From assembly GCA_963753275.1 (NCBI GenBank), contig CAVWCE010000026.1, positions 971 to 64,970 of the forward strand: a stretch of 64,000 nucleotides of DNA, given 5' to 3'. The DNA comes from an uncultured Alphaproteobacteria bacterium. GTDB taxonomy: Bacteria; Pseudomonadota; Alphaproteobacteria; Geminicoccales; Geminicoccaceae. Below, piece after piece: positions 40,842 to 51,826 of the stretch (position 1 is the first letter of the stretch; each line of letters opens with the position of its first letter). The translations under genes and the position numbers were made by a program. The notes under the pieces were generated by a model. That model was not told where the DNA came from, did no database searches, and saw only the letters and a list, made by a program, of their open reading frames with translations.

Positions 40842-40950
40842 CCTGGTTGGCTCCTTTCGTGGTTGGTTGGCGTCCGCCCACGTCGTCGGGCTGGACCTGC
40901 TGCTCGAAGTTCCTTGATGGCCGCGTTGCTGGCTCCTCCCGCTGACGTCG

Positions 40951-42271
40951 TCACCCGTAGAACCGGCTCGGCAGCCAGAGCGCGATCTGCGGAAACGCCG
41001 TGACCAGCGCGAGACCGAGGATCATCACCGCCACGAAGGGGATGATCGAGAGATAGATGTCCTGCAGCGTGATCTCCGGCGGCGCCATCGCCCGCATCAG
41101 GAACAGGTTGTAGCCGAAGGGCGGCGTCATGTAGGCGATCTGGCAGGTGATCGTGTAGAGCACGCCGTACCAGACCGGATCGAAACCTAGCGAGATCACC
41201 AGAGGGACGTAGAGCGGGGCGACGATGACCAGCATCGCGGTGTCGTCCAGGAACATGCCCATGAGATGAAAGGACAGCTGCATCATGATGATCACTTCCC
41301 ACGGCCCCAGGCCCCACTGCTCGAGGAACAGGAGCCTGATCGCCTGCACCGCGCCGAGGCCGTCGAAGACCGCGCCGAAGCAGAGCGCGGCCAGGATGAT
41401 CCACATGAACATGCAGCTGATGCTCAGCGTCTTCCGGATCGTGTCCTCCAGCACCTGCCAGTTCAGCCGGCCCTTGAGGAGCGCGGCGATGGTCGCCGCC
41501 GCCGCGCCCACGGCCGAGCTTTCGACCAGGCTCGTCACCCCCATCATGAACAGCCCGGTCATGAGGAAGAAGATGAGGAGGGGAACGACGCCGGCGCCGA
41601 GCAGCCGAACCTTCTCGCTCCAGCCGACCTGCCGCTCCTCGGCGGGCAAGGCCGGCCCCAGATGCGGCTGGAAGTAGCATCGGATCGCGATGTAGGCGAC
41701 GAACAGGCCGGCCAGCAGCAGGCCCGGGAAGACGCCGGCGAGCCACAGCTGGCCGATCGGCTGGCGGGCGATCATGCCATAGAGGACCAGGACGACGCTG
41801 GGCGGGATCAGGATGCCGAGCGTAGCTGCCCGCCTGGACGACGCCGGTCACCATGATCTTGTCGTAGCCGCGCCGCAGCAGCTCCGGCAGCGCGATGCTG
41901 GCGCCGATCGCCATGCCCGCGACGCTCAGCCCGTTCATCGCCGAGATCACGACCATCAGGCCGATCGTGCCGATCGCGAGACCGCCCCGCACCGGACCCG
42001 CCCAGACGTGGAACATCCGGTAGAGGTCGTCCGCGATGCCGGACTCGGAGAGCATGTAGCCCATGTAGATGAACAAGGGCAGGGTCAGCAGCGGATACCA
42101 GTTCAGCAGGGCGATGCTGGCGTTGAACGGCATCTCCGAGGCGCCCTCGCCCCACAGCAGCAGGGCGAAGCCGGTGGCGACGCAGCCGATCGCGCCGAAC
42201 ACCCGCTGCCCGGTGAGCAGCAGGACCATCATCGACGAGAACATCAGCAGGGCGATGAGCTCGTAGCTCAT
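40951..42271 (-). pseudogene. dctM: TRAP transporter large permease (DctM); one frame break near 41800
   Basis: MSYELIALLMFSSMMVLLLTGQRVFGAIG .. VTGVVQAGS / LGILIPPSVVLVLYGMIARQPIG .. ALWLPSRFYG. The N-terminal part is the internal portion of ORF 40838-43174 and the C-terminal part is ORF 40951-41775. The start overlaps the dctQ stop (ATGA). Confidence 0.85.
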
Positions 42272-42780
42272 GCGAGCGGCTCCCCGCGCGCCTTCGCCAG
42301 GTCCTTGAAGAACACCGCGACGACCTGCAACAGCATCAGCGTGATGCCGATCGTCATGACGATCTTGATCGGCGCCAGAGGCGGCGCCCACGACGAATAG
42401 TTCTTCTGCCCGTACTCCAGCGCATAGAGCGTGCTGGAAACGCCGCCGACCAAAAGAAACACGAGATAGAAGATCAGGAAGGCAGCGGTCAGCACGTCGG
42501 CCAGCGCCTGTGTCCGAGGCGACCAGCGGCTGTACAGCAGGTCCATCCGGACGTGCGAATCCAGCTGCATGGAGTAGCCGCCGCCAAGCAGATAGTACGC
42601 GGTCAACAGGAACTGCGCCATCTCGACGGTCCAGATGAACGACACGTTGAAGAACGTGCGCGAGGTCGACGACAACAGCAGCACGCCCATCATGGCGAAG
42701 ATCGAGTACATCGCGAACCGGCCGATCACCCGGTTGATCGCCTCGACGTAGCGGACGTATGCCTTGATGGCGGAGGGCAT
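42268..42780 (-). CDS. dctQ: TRAP transporter small permease (DctQ)
   Basis: MPSAIKAYVRYVEAINRVIGRFAMYSIFAMMGVLLL.. Four hydrophobic helices; internal ATG of ORF 42268-42942. Confidence 0.85.
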   Translation of the reverse strand: MPSAIKAYVRYVEAINRVIGRFAMYSIFAMMGVLLLSSTSRTFFNVSFIWTVEMAQFLLTAYYLLGGGYSMQLDSHVRMDLLYSRWSPRTQALADVLTAAFLIFYLVFLLVGGVSSTLYALEYGQKNYSSWAPPLAPIKIVMTIGITLMLLQVVAVFFKDLAKARGEPLA

Positions 42781-43118
42781 CCCTTCTTCTCGTTGCTCGT
42801 TCTTCTGCTGTAGCCGATCGTCGCCTGCGCGCGCCGACCCGTCCCTCCCCTGAAGCGCGGACCGGCGCGCGACGCGCAGGAGCCGGGGCCGACCGGCCGG
42901 AAGCCAGGTTACAGCAATTCCTCGAAATGGAAATACCAGCATCGGCCGAGCTGTGCGATTCCGGTCCCGAGCGGCGATCGCGCACCGCAGCGGCGCGCGG
43001 CTTTAAGGGTTTGGTATTCCGCTCGCCGCTACCCTGTGGCAGGATCGGGCCGAGGTCGTAGCGCGACCGACAGAGATCGCGCGCGGCCTGCGCCTCAAGC
43101 CTGCGGGGAGTTCCGGGG

Positions 43119-43679
43119 ATGCCTGTGCGTGGCGCTGAACAGCCATCCTGCGATCGCCGGCGCATGCTCGCCATGACGCTCGGCGCGGGCTGCGGGCTGA
43201 TGCTGGCCGCGGCGCGGCCCGCGGCGGCCCGGGCCGCCGCCCGCCAGCTCGACTTCTACAGCATCCACACCGGTGAGACGCTCAGCGCGACCTACTGGGA
43301 GAACGGCCGCTATCTCGCCGACGGCCTGCGCGCGATCGACTACGTGCTGCGCGACTTCCGCACCGACGAGGTGCGCTCGATCGATCCCGAGCTGCTCGAC
43401 CTGCTGCATGGCCTGCGGCTGGTCATGGACTACGATCGCCCGATCAGCGTGATCTCCGGCTATCGCTGCCCGGCGACCAACGCGATGCTGGCCGCGCGCA
43501 GCAAACAAGTCGCCAAGAACAGCTATCACGTGCGCGGCATGGCGATCGACATCCGCCTGCCGGGACGGCAGCTGGCGTCGGTGCGCGACAACGCCAAGAC
43601 GCTGGCTCTGGGCGGAGTCGGCTACTATCCGGAATCCGAGTTCGTCCACGTCGACACCGGGCCGGTGCGCGCCTGGTAG
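43119..43679 (+). CDS. DUF882 / peptidase M15A (YcbK-like) protein with a Tat leader
   Basis: CDRRRMLAMTLGAG leader. ISVISGYRCPATNAML..SYHVRGMAIDIRL..GGVGYYPESEFVHVD. Confidence 0.85.
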   Translation: MPVRGAEQPSCDRRRMLAMTLGAGCGLMLAAARPAAARAAARQLDFYSIHTGETLSATYWENGRYLADGLRAIDYVLRDFRTDEVRSIDPELLDLLHGLRLVMDYDRPISVISGYRCPATNAMLAARSKQVAKNSYHVRGMAIDIRLPGRQLASVRDNAKTLALGGVGYYPESEFVHVDTGPVRAW

Positions 43680-43827
43680 CCACGTCCGCGGTCCTGCCGC
43701 TCTGGGCGCAGGCCCCGCGAGCTGGTACCAACTCGGACGCGAATATTCGGGAAATTGTCATTTCCTTTACCAACGCTGTTGCCTAACATGCGCTGGCTCA
43801 ACCATTGATGATCAGAAAGAGGGTTCG

Positions 43828-44100
43828 ATGACAATGCTTGCACGGGGTCTTCGCGTCGGCACGATGGTCGTGGGCATGGCCGTTCTGACGTCGGCATGTG
43901 CGCAGACTGGCGCGGAAGATAGCGCCTCGCTCGATCAGGCCCAGGCGGCCGCCGCCTCGGCGGAGGCCGCGGCCGACCGCGCGACTCAGGCCGCTGATCG
44001 CGCCGCCGCCGCCGCTGCCGAAGCCGCCGACGCGGCTTCGAACGCGCAGATGGCGATGGAGCGGCAGGACCGCATGACGCAGCAGTCGCTGCGCAAGTAG
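43828..44100 (+). CDS. Small alanine-rich secreted protein or lipoprotein
   Basis: MTMLARGLRVGTMVVGMAVLTSAC leader with a Cys, then an Ala-rich helical repeat region. Confidence 0.55.
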   Translation: MTMLARGLRVGTMVVGMAVLTSACAQTGAEDSASLDQAQAAAASAEAAADRATQAADRAAAAAAEAADAASNAQMAMERQDRMTQQSLRK

Positions 44101-44174
44101 CTGCCGACCCGTCGGCCGGCCGTCCCGAGCAGGCCGCTCGAGCGACGGTCCGTCCTGACGGGAAGAGCCGTGGT

Positions 44175-44211
44175 GGCGCCCCGTGCTGACGCGGGGCGCC
44201 TGCCGCGTCAG
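44175..44211. terminator. Two overlapping GC-rich hairpins between convergent genes
   Basis: GGCGCCCCG (44175-44183) pairs with CGGGGCGCC (44192-44200). CTGACGCGG (44186-44194) pairs with CCGCGTCAG (44203-44211). The second hairpin overlaps the stop of the minus-strand gene. Confidence 0.45.
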
Positions 44212-45146
44212 CGGGTGACCCGGATCGGGTAGCCGCGGCGCTCCATGACGGCCTGACGGACCCAACTCCAGTCCAGACGCGCCGCCTGATCGCCCGCTGC
44301 CGCCAGCAGCTGGTCCACGACGTGGCTGGGCAGGCTCGCCTCGAAGTGGCCGGACGCCTCCAGCTGATCGCTCTGCTGCTGAGTCGGATGCGCCTCGAGA
44401 TAGAGCCCGCCGTCGATCGCGCCGATCTTGATCGGCTGGTCGACCACGGTGACCTTGGTGCCGGGCTCGACCAGCTCGTAGAGCTCCTCGACGTCCTCGG
44501 GATACATGCGAATGCAGCCGCTGCTGGAGCGCCGCCCGATCCCCCAGGGCTTGTTGGTGCCGTGGATCGCGTACTGCGGCCAGCCGAGGTACATCGCCCG
44601 GGTCCCCATGGGATTGTCGGGGCCGGCCGGCACCGCCTCGGGCAGGGTCGGATCCTCGGCCCGCATGCGCGCGGTCGGGCGCCAGGTCGGATCCTTCTGC
44701 TTGCGCGCGACCGTGGTCGCGCCGAGCGGCGTCGTCAGGCCCTCCCGGCCGATCCCGATCGGGTAGGATCGGGGCGGCGCATCCGGGCTCTCGAAGTAGT
44801 AGAGGCGCATGTCGGCGAGGTTGATGATGATGCCTTCCCGATCCGCCACCGGCAGCAGGTGGACGGTCGGCAACACCAGGTCGAGACCCTCCCCCGGCAG
44901 CCAGGGGTCGGTGCCCGGATTGGCCGCGACCATCTCGACGTAGCCGAGCTTGAAGCGCCGCGCGACGTCCAGCAGCGTGTCTTGATACGCGGCGCGATAG
45001 GTCGTGGTCTCACGCAGGTTGCCGTCGTGGTCGAGCAGGCTGCCGAGGTCGCAGCCGCTCGAGAACCAGACCCCGACCAGACAGAGCGCGGCGGCGGGGC
45101 GCCGGCGCGCGGGCGACAACGGTTTCTTAGCTCTGCTCATGGACAT
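44208..45146 (-). CDS. L,D-transpeptidase (YkuD domain) with a LysM-like N-terminal domain
   Basis: YPIGIGREGLTTPLG..AMYLGWPQYAIHGTNKPWGIGRRSSSGCIRMYPEDV. Confidence 0.85.
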   Translation of the reverse strand: MSMSRAKKPLSPARRRPAAALCLVGVWFSSGCDLGSLLDHDGNLRETTTYRAAYQDTLLDVARRFKLGYVEMVAANPGTDPWLPGEGLDLVLPTVHLLPVADREGIIINLADMRLYYFESPDAPPRSYPIGIGREGLTTPLGATTVARKQKDPTWRPTARMRAEDPTLPEAVPAGPDNPMGTRAMYLGWPQYAIHGTNKPWGIGRRSSSGCIRMYPEDVEELYELVEPGTKVTVVDQPIKIGAIDGGLYLEAHPTQQQSDQLEASGHFEASLPSHVVDQLLAAAGDQAARLDWSWVRQAVMERRGYPIRVTR

Positions 45147-45214
45147 TGCTTCGGTCGTCGTGATCCACCACGAAACGGTTTACAGGTTCGGGCGTTTCGA
45201 TTGAACTAAGAGCC

Positions 45215-45853
45215 ATGCCTCAAGTCGGGCCGAAGCTGCAACAGACCGCCATGCGCCCTCTCGTCCTCCTCGGCCTCGCGGCCATGCTCCTGTCGACCGC
45301 CCTGCCGCTCGCGCCGGTGCAGGCGCAGATTCCTCACTTCGAGCGGGGCGTGGTCGACCTCGTGATCGTGCGCAAGAGCGCCCGCAGCCTGCAGCTGATG
45401 CGGGCGGGACGGGTCGTCAAGAGCTACCGCGTCGCGCTCGGCCGGGAGCCCGCCGGGCCCAAGCGGCAGGAGGGCGACGGCCGCACGCCCGAAGGCGTGT
45501 ATACCCTGGACTGGCGCAATGCCAACAGCGCTTTCCACCGCTCGATCCACGTCTCCTACCCGCGCGCGGGCGACGACGACCACGCCCTGCGCTGGGGCGT
45601 GTCGGCGGGCGGCCTGATCATGCTGCACGGCCTGCCGAACGGCGTGTCGGCCGACCGGATCGGTCATCCCGAGGTCGACTGGACGGACGGCTGCATCGCG
45701 CTCACCAACGACGAGATCGACGAGATCTGGACGCTGGTCGAGGACGGCACCACGATCATCATCTACCCCGAGCTGAAGCGGCCACCAAGGGCGCCCATCG
45801 GAACGTCCTCGACGATCTGCTGGCGCGCGGCCTGGCCAAGCCGGAGCTGGTGA
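45215..45853 (+). CDS. L,D-transpeptidase family protein (YkuD); the 3' end reads into the IS256 fragment
   Basis: PKRQEGDGRTPEGVYTLDW..IMLHGLPNG..DWTDGCIALTNDEIDEIW..TTIIIYPE. After about 45775 the text is no longer family-like. Confidence 0.7.
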   Translation: MPQVGPKLQQTAMRPLVLLGLAAMLLSTALPLAPVQAQIPHFERGVVDLVIVRKSARSLQLMRAGRVVKSYRVALGREPAGPKRQEGDGRTPEGVYTLDWRNANSAFHRSIHVSYPRAGDDDHALRWGVSAGGLIMLHGLPNGVSADRIGHPEVDWTDGCIALTNDEIDEIWTLVEDGTTIIIYPELKRPPRAPIGTSSTICWRAAWPSRSW

Positions 45854-46341
45854 TCGTCGACGGCGGCAAGGGTCTCGAGGCGGCGACTCGCCAGCCTGTG
45901 GGCGGACGTGCCGGTGCAGCGCTGCACGGTACACAAGGAGCGCAACCTGCTCGCGCACGCGCGCAAGCACCTGCACGACGAGATCAAGGCCGAATTCAAC
46001 GACATGGTTCACGCCAAGACGGCCGACGACGTACAGAGCAAGCGCAAGGCCTTCCTGGCGCGCTGGAAGCTGCGCTGTCGCGCGGTCGCCGACAGCCTGG
46101 AGGAGGCTGGCGAGCGCCTGTTGACCTTCCTGCGGTACCCGCCCGAGCAGTGGCGCTCGCTCAGGACCGCGAACGCCATCGAGCGTCTGCACGAGGAGTT
46201 CAAGCGTTGGATCAAGACCCAGTGCCTGCTGCCCTGCGCCGAGACCGCCGCCAAGCTGCTCCGAGCGCTGCTCGCCTAGGGTCAGATCACCGGCGCCGGC
46301 TCGACGGCTCGGTCACCCCGGGCGCCCATCGGAACTGTTGA
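45777..46341 (+). pseudogene. IS256-family (Mutator-type) transposase fragment, 5'-truncated and frame-broken
   Basis: ..KGAHRNVLDDLLARGLAKPELVIVDGGKGLEAA / VPVQRCTVHKERNLLAHARKHLHDEIKAEFNDM..RSLRTANAIERLHEEFKRWIKTQ..LLASGQI. No N-terminal half and no terminal inverted repeats. Confidence 0.75.
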
Positions 46342-46484
46342 ACCAGAAGTTCTGTTGTCGTTTGACCCCCTCCCCCTCGACGCCTAAGCTGGCCGGGCTT
46401 TTCAAGACGGGTCGTGACTTGGCGCCCGGATGTCCAAACCGGCTTTCATCAATCAGGGAGGTGTTCAAATGGCGGATCGTGCCC

Positions 46485-48249
46485 ATGGAGTTCCTGACCA
46501 GGCCCGCGTGGCTGGCAGGCCTGCTGGCGGCGGTGATCGCGGCGCCGGCGCTGGCGGCGGGGGAGACCACGCCGGAGCGGCTGCTCGCCGCCGACGACGA
46601 GCCGCAGAACTGGCTCAACCATCATCAGAACTACGCCGCCCATCGCTACTCCAAGCTCGACGAGATCGACCGCAGCAACGTCCAGGACCTCGAGGTCGCC
46701 TGGACCTTCGCGCTCGGCGGCATCGAGGGCGGCGGCATCTGGCCGCACGGCGGGCTCGAGGGCACGCCGATCGTCGAGGACGGCTGCGATGTACGTCACC
46801 GACGGCTGGGGCTCGGTCTACAAGCTCGACCTGACCCAGGGGCCGGGCAAGCTGGTCTGGAAGATGGACCCCGGCACCGACAAGGACTGGTCGGGCGCGG
46901 TGTCGTGCTGCGGCGTCAACAACCGCGGCGTCGCGCTGTGGCAGGACAAGGTGGTCTCGCACACCCTGGACGGCCGCCTGATCGCGACCGACAAGGCGAC
47001 CGGCGAGGTCGCCTGGGAGCGCCAGGTCGCCGATCCGGCGATCGCCGAGGTCATCACCGTGGCGCCGCTGGTGGTCAGGGACCTCGCGATCACCGGCGTC
47101 TCGGGCGCCGAGTACGGCATCCGCGGCTGGCTCGCCGCGACCGATCTGAACACCGGCGAGGAGGTCTGGCGCCGGCACACCATCCCGGCACCGGGCGAGC
47201 CGGGGCACGACAGCTGGGCCGACCAGCACGACGCCTGGAAGACCGGCGGCGGCTCGACCTGGGTCACCGGCTCCTACGACCCCGAGCAGGACCTGATCAT
47301 CTGGGGGGTCGGCAACCCCGGACCCGACTGGGACGCCGAATATCGTCCGGGCGACAATCTCTACACCAACAGCGCGATCGCGCTCGACCCGGAGACCGGC
47401 GAGATCAAGTGGCACTACCAGTACACGCCGAACGACCCCTACGACTACGACGGGGTCGCCGAGCACGTGCTGGTCGACACCGAGGTCGACGGCGCGGCGA
47501 AGAAGCTCGCCCTGCACGCCGACCGCAACGGCTTCGCCTACGCGCTCGACCGCACCAGCGGCGAGTTCGTCTGGGGCACCCAGTTCGTCAAGGAGCTGAC
47601 CTGGACCCGCGGCCTCGACAAGGCGACCGGGCTGCCGCTCGACTACGACCCGCAGAGCCAGGTCCAGACCTACGTCGCCGGCACGGCGCCCTCGCGCACC
47701 AACCCGGTCGGCACCGCCTGCCCCGGCAACATGGGCGGCAAGAACTGGCCGCCGACCGCGTACCACGCCGAGCTCGACATCTGGTACATCCCGGTCATCG
47801 AGAGCTGCAACGAGATGACCAACACCGAGATGATCCCGGGCGAGTCCTACAAGCCGCGCGAGTTCTTCACCGGCGGCGGGCCGCGCCAGCACCAGCCGAT
47901 CACCGGCAGCGTGACCGCGATCGACGCCAAGACGGGCGCGATCGTCGCCAAGCACGAGACCGAGTACCCGATGCTCGGCGGCATCCTCGCGACCGCGGGC
48001 GGCCTCGTGTTCACCGGCCACCCCTCGGGCGAGTTCGTCGCCCTCGACGCCAAGACGCTGGAAGAGCTCTGGCGCTTCGAGACCGGCTCCGGGATCAACG
48101 CGCCGCCGATCACCTACTCGGTCGACGGCAAGCAGTACGTAGCGCTCCTGGTCGGCCTCGGCGGCGCCTGGCCGAAGTGGTTCGTCGACAGCACCGAGGG
48201 GCTGGAGAAGGTGCAGCCGTCCTCGATGCTCTACGTCTTCGCGCTCTGA
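46485..48249 (+). pseudogene. PQQ-dependent alcohol/methanol dehydrogenase (quinoprotein, TIGR03075-like); one frame break near 46785
   Basis: Signal peptide MEFLTRPAWLAGLLAAVIAAPALA, then ..LEGTPIVEDG / MYVTDGWGSVYKLD.., the vicinal Cys pair VSCCGVNNRG, and PNDPYDYDGV. The start is uncertain (ATG at 46469 with an AGGGAGG ribosome-binding site in another frame). Confidence 0.9.
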
Positions 48250-48277
48250 CCGGGCGCTGCCCGGCGGCGTTCCTTCG

Positions 48278-48301
48278 GGGCGGGTCGCTTGCGACCCGCC
48301 C
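48278..48301. terminator. Perfect GC-rich hairpin between the convergent PQQ-ADH and cytochrome c genes
   Basis: GGGCGGGTCGC-TT-GCGACCCGCCC, followed by TTCGCC. Confidence 0.6.
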
Positions 48302-48310
48302 TTCGCCTGC

Positions 48311-48811
48311 TCACTTCATCGCGGCGCACTCGTGGGAGTTGGCGCCCCAGAACGCGACGCAGTCGTCATGGGTCGGCGCGCCCTTGCCCTGTTGCTGGGC
48401 GATCACGTAGTCGGCGACCGCCTCGATCTCCGGGGCGCGCAGGAAGGTCGCGGCCTTGGGCGGGAAGTCGGCGCCGAGATCGGCCTTGGTCGTGCCGCCG
48501 TAGCAGTCGGTCGCCTGGTAGGCGCTTCGGTCGTGATAGGGCATGCGCGTCGCCGGGCGGCCGCAGCGGATCACCTCGACCAGCATCGCGCGGTCGAGCG
48601 CGGTCTCGCGGAGCGACAGGGCGGCGCCGCCATAGCCGCCGCCGCCGCCGCCGTGCCACTTGTGGCAGCCGACGCAGTTCGCCTTCTCGTACACCTGCCG
48701 GCCGAGCTCGAGGTCGGCCGCCCCGAGCGGCGCCTTCAGGCTCAGCGCCGCCAGGATGCAGGCGGGCCACAGCAGCAATTTCGTGCGACCGAGCCGATGG
48801 CGCAGCGGCAT
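48311..48811 (-). CDS. Monoheme c-type cytochrome
   Basis: C-terminal 166 codons of ORF 48311-50401. Signal peptide and CVGCH heme-binding motif. Confidence 0.8.
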   Translation of the reverse strand: MPLRHRLGRTKLLLWPACILAALSLKAPLGAADLELGRQVYEKANCVGCHKWHGGGGGGYGGAALSLRETALDRAMLVEVIRCGRPATRMPYHDRSAYQATDCYGGTTKADLGADFPPKAATFLRAPEIEAVADYVIAQQQGKGAPTHDDCVAFWGANSHECAAMK

Positions 48812-48940
48812 GGATCCGGCCTCCCGGTGATTGGACCTGGAAAGCATTCTAGGGAGATGCAGCGGAGGTTGTGAAGCGGGGGCCGGACGCGCTATGGCTG
48901 GTGGCGCCGTGGGCGGCGCCGGTGACGAGGGAGGCAAGGG

Positions 48941-49600
48941 ATGAGGTTTCGGCTGCATGCGGCGCTCTGCCTGCTCGCCACAGCCGTGCTCGGCGGCCCG
49001 CTCGCCGCGGCCGAGGACCCGGGGCAGGGCGATCTGCGCGATCTCCGGGTCGGGGTGAGCGTGGACCAGCTGCCGGCCGAGGGCTACACCGGCTTCGCCT
49101 GCGGCCACGACGGCGCCGCGCCGGGCCCGAGCCTCGCCGGCTGGCAGGACTTCCGCCGCTGCCCGGCCGACGCGCAGGGCCGCCACGAGGTCGCCTTCGC
49201 GTTCGCCGAATCGCGGCTCGCCGCGCTCGGCGACCGCTGGGAGGGCACCAAGATCGCCGGCCACCCGGTGATCCCCTCGCTCCTGATCGACGGCCGCGGC
49301 ATGGTCCAGGGCCTGCGCATCGTGACCGATCCGGACGCCCGGCTCTACCTCAAGAAGAAGGCGTTCCTGTTCGGCATCCGGGTCATGGGCCGCTACGGCC
49401 GCGACGGCTGGCAGTGCACCGAGACGCCGCCGGGCGACGGCAGGTCGCCGGTCGGCGGCATGTTCATCGATCGCCGCTGCGAGAAGATTTGGCAGGGCCG
49501 CCGTCTCATTCTCGACACCGACCTCTATCGCGCCCTCGGGCAGGAGGGCCAGGAGTTCACCGGCGCGTCCCGGCTCGAGATCCTGCAGGCGACCGGTTGA
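48941..49600 (+). CDS. Hypothetical secreted protein
   Basis: MRFRLHAALCLLATAVLGGPLAAAE signal. Intact 219 aa with coding-like codon usage. No family recognised. Confidence 0.55.
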   Translation: MRFRLHAALCLLATAVLGGPLAAAEDPGQGDLRDLRVGVSVDQLPAEGYTGFACGHDGAAPGPSLAGWQDFRRCPADAQGRHEVAFAFAESRLAALGDRWEGTKIAGHPVIPSLLIDGRGMVQGLRIVTDPDARLYLKKKAFLFGIRVMGRYGRDGWQCTETPPGDGRSPVGGMFIDRRCEKIWQGRRLILDTDLYRALGQEGQEFTGASRLEILQATG

Positions 49601-49645
49601 GCCGGCTCGCGCCCGGGCACCTCGATCGGCGGCGGAGCGGGCGAT

Positions 49646-50500
49646 GTGACCAGCGAGCATCCGGAGCCGGTGGCCGCGGCGCCGATGGGCGAGGTCTACC
49701 TGGTCGGCGCCGGCCCGGGCGCCGCCGACCTGCTCACGCTGCGCGCGCTGCGTCTGATGCGGCAGGCCGAGGTCGTGGTCTACGACCGCCTGGTCGGCCC
49801 CGACATCCTCGAGCTCGTGCCGGCGGCGGTCGAGCGGATCTTCGTCGGCAAGATGCGTGATCGCCACGTCTGCCCGCAGAGCGGCATCAACCAGCTGCTG
49901 GTCGAGCTCGCCCGCGCCGGCAGGCGGGTGCTGCGGCTCAAGGGCGGCGACCCCTTCGTCTTCGGCCGCGGCGGCGAGGAGCTCGAGGCGCTGGTCGCCG
50001 CCGGCGTCCCCTTCCAGGTCGCGCCCGGGGTCACCGCGGCGACCGGCTGCGCGGCCTACGCCGGCATCCCGCTGACCCATCGCGAGCACGCCCAGACCCT
50101 GGTCTTCGTCACCGGGCATACCCGGGACGGCGCGCCCGACCTCGACTGGCCGACGCTCGCCCGCCCGGGGCAGACGCTCGTGGTCTACATGGGCATCAAG
50201 GCGCTCGCCGGCCTGTGCCGCAGGCTGATCGAGCACGGCCTGCCCGCGACGACGCCGGCCGCGCTGATCGAGAACGGCACCTACGAGCACCAGCGGGTGG
50301 TGACCGGCACGCTCGCGACGCTGCCCGCCCGCGCGCCCGATCCGGTGCTCGCCGGGCCGACCCTGATCATCGTCGGGGAGGTCGTCGCCCTCGCGCAGCA
50401 CCTCGCCTGGTTTTCCGGCCCGAGCGAGCGCCGCAGCGCCCTGCTCAGCGACGCCGATCGACCTCAGGGCGGTGTTGACGGCCGGTCGGCCGCGGGGTGA
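49646..50500 (+). CDS. cobA: Uroporphyrinogen-III C-methyltransferase (SUMT)
   Basis: [34 protein letters not shown] .. [16 protein letters not shown] .. VAPGVTAA .. TLIIVGEVV. Confidence 0.9.
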   Translation: MTSEHPEPVAAAPMGEVYLVGAGPGAADLLTLRALRLMRQAEVVVYDRLVGPDILELVPAAVERIFVGKMRDRHVCPQSGINQLLVELARAGRRVLRLKGGDPFVFGRGGEELEALVAAGVPFQVAPGVTAATGCAAYAGIPLTHREHAQTLVFVTGHTRDGAPDLDWPTLARPGQTLVVYMGIKALAGLCRRLIEHGLPATTPAALIENGTYEHQRVVTGTLATLPARAPDPVLAGPTLIIVGEVVALAQHLAWFSGPSERRSALLSDADRPQGGVDGRSAAG

Positions 50501-50519
50501 GGTGGAGCTCCTATCCGGC

Positions 50520-51812
<1,293 letters not shown>

Positions 51813-51826
51813 GATAGGAGGGGGCG

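Noticed and set aside
48311-50401. 696-aa minus-strand ORF spanning the cobA region
   Set aside because: Only the C-terminal 166 codons (cytochrome c with a signal peptide and CVGCH) are credible. The rest is antisense to cobA and to the 48941-49600 gene and reads as low-complexity Arg/Gly/Asp text.
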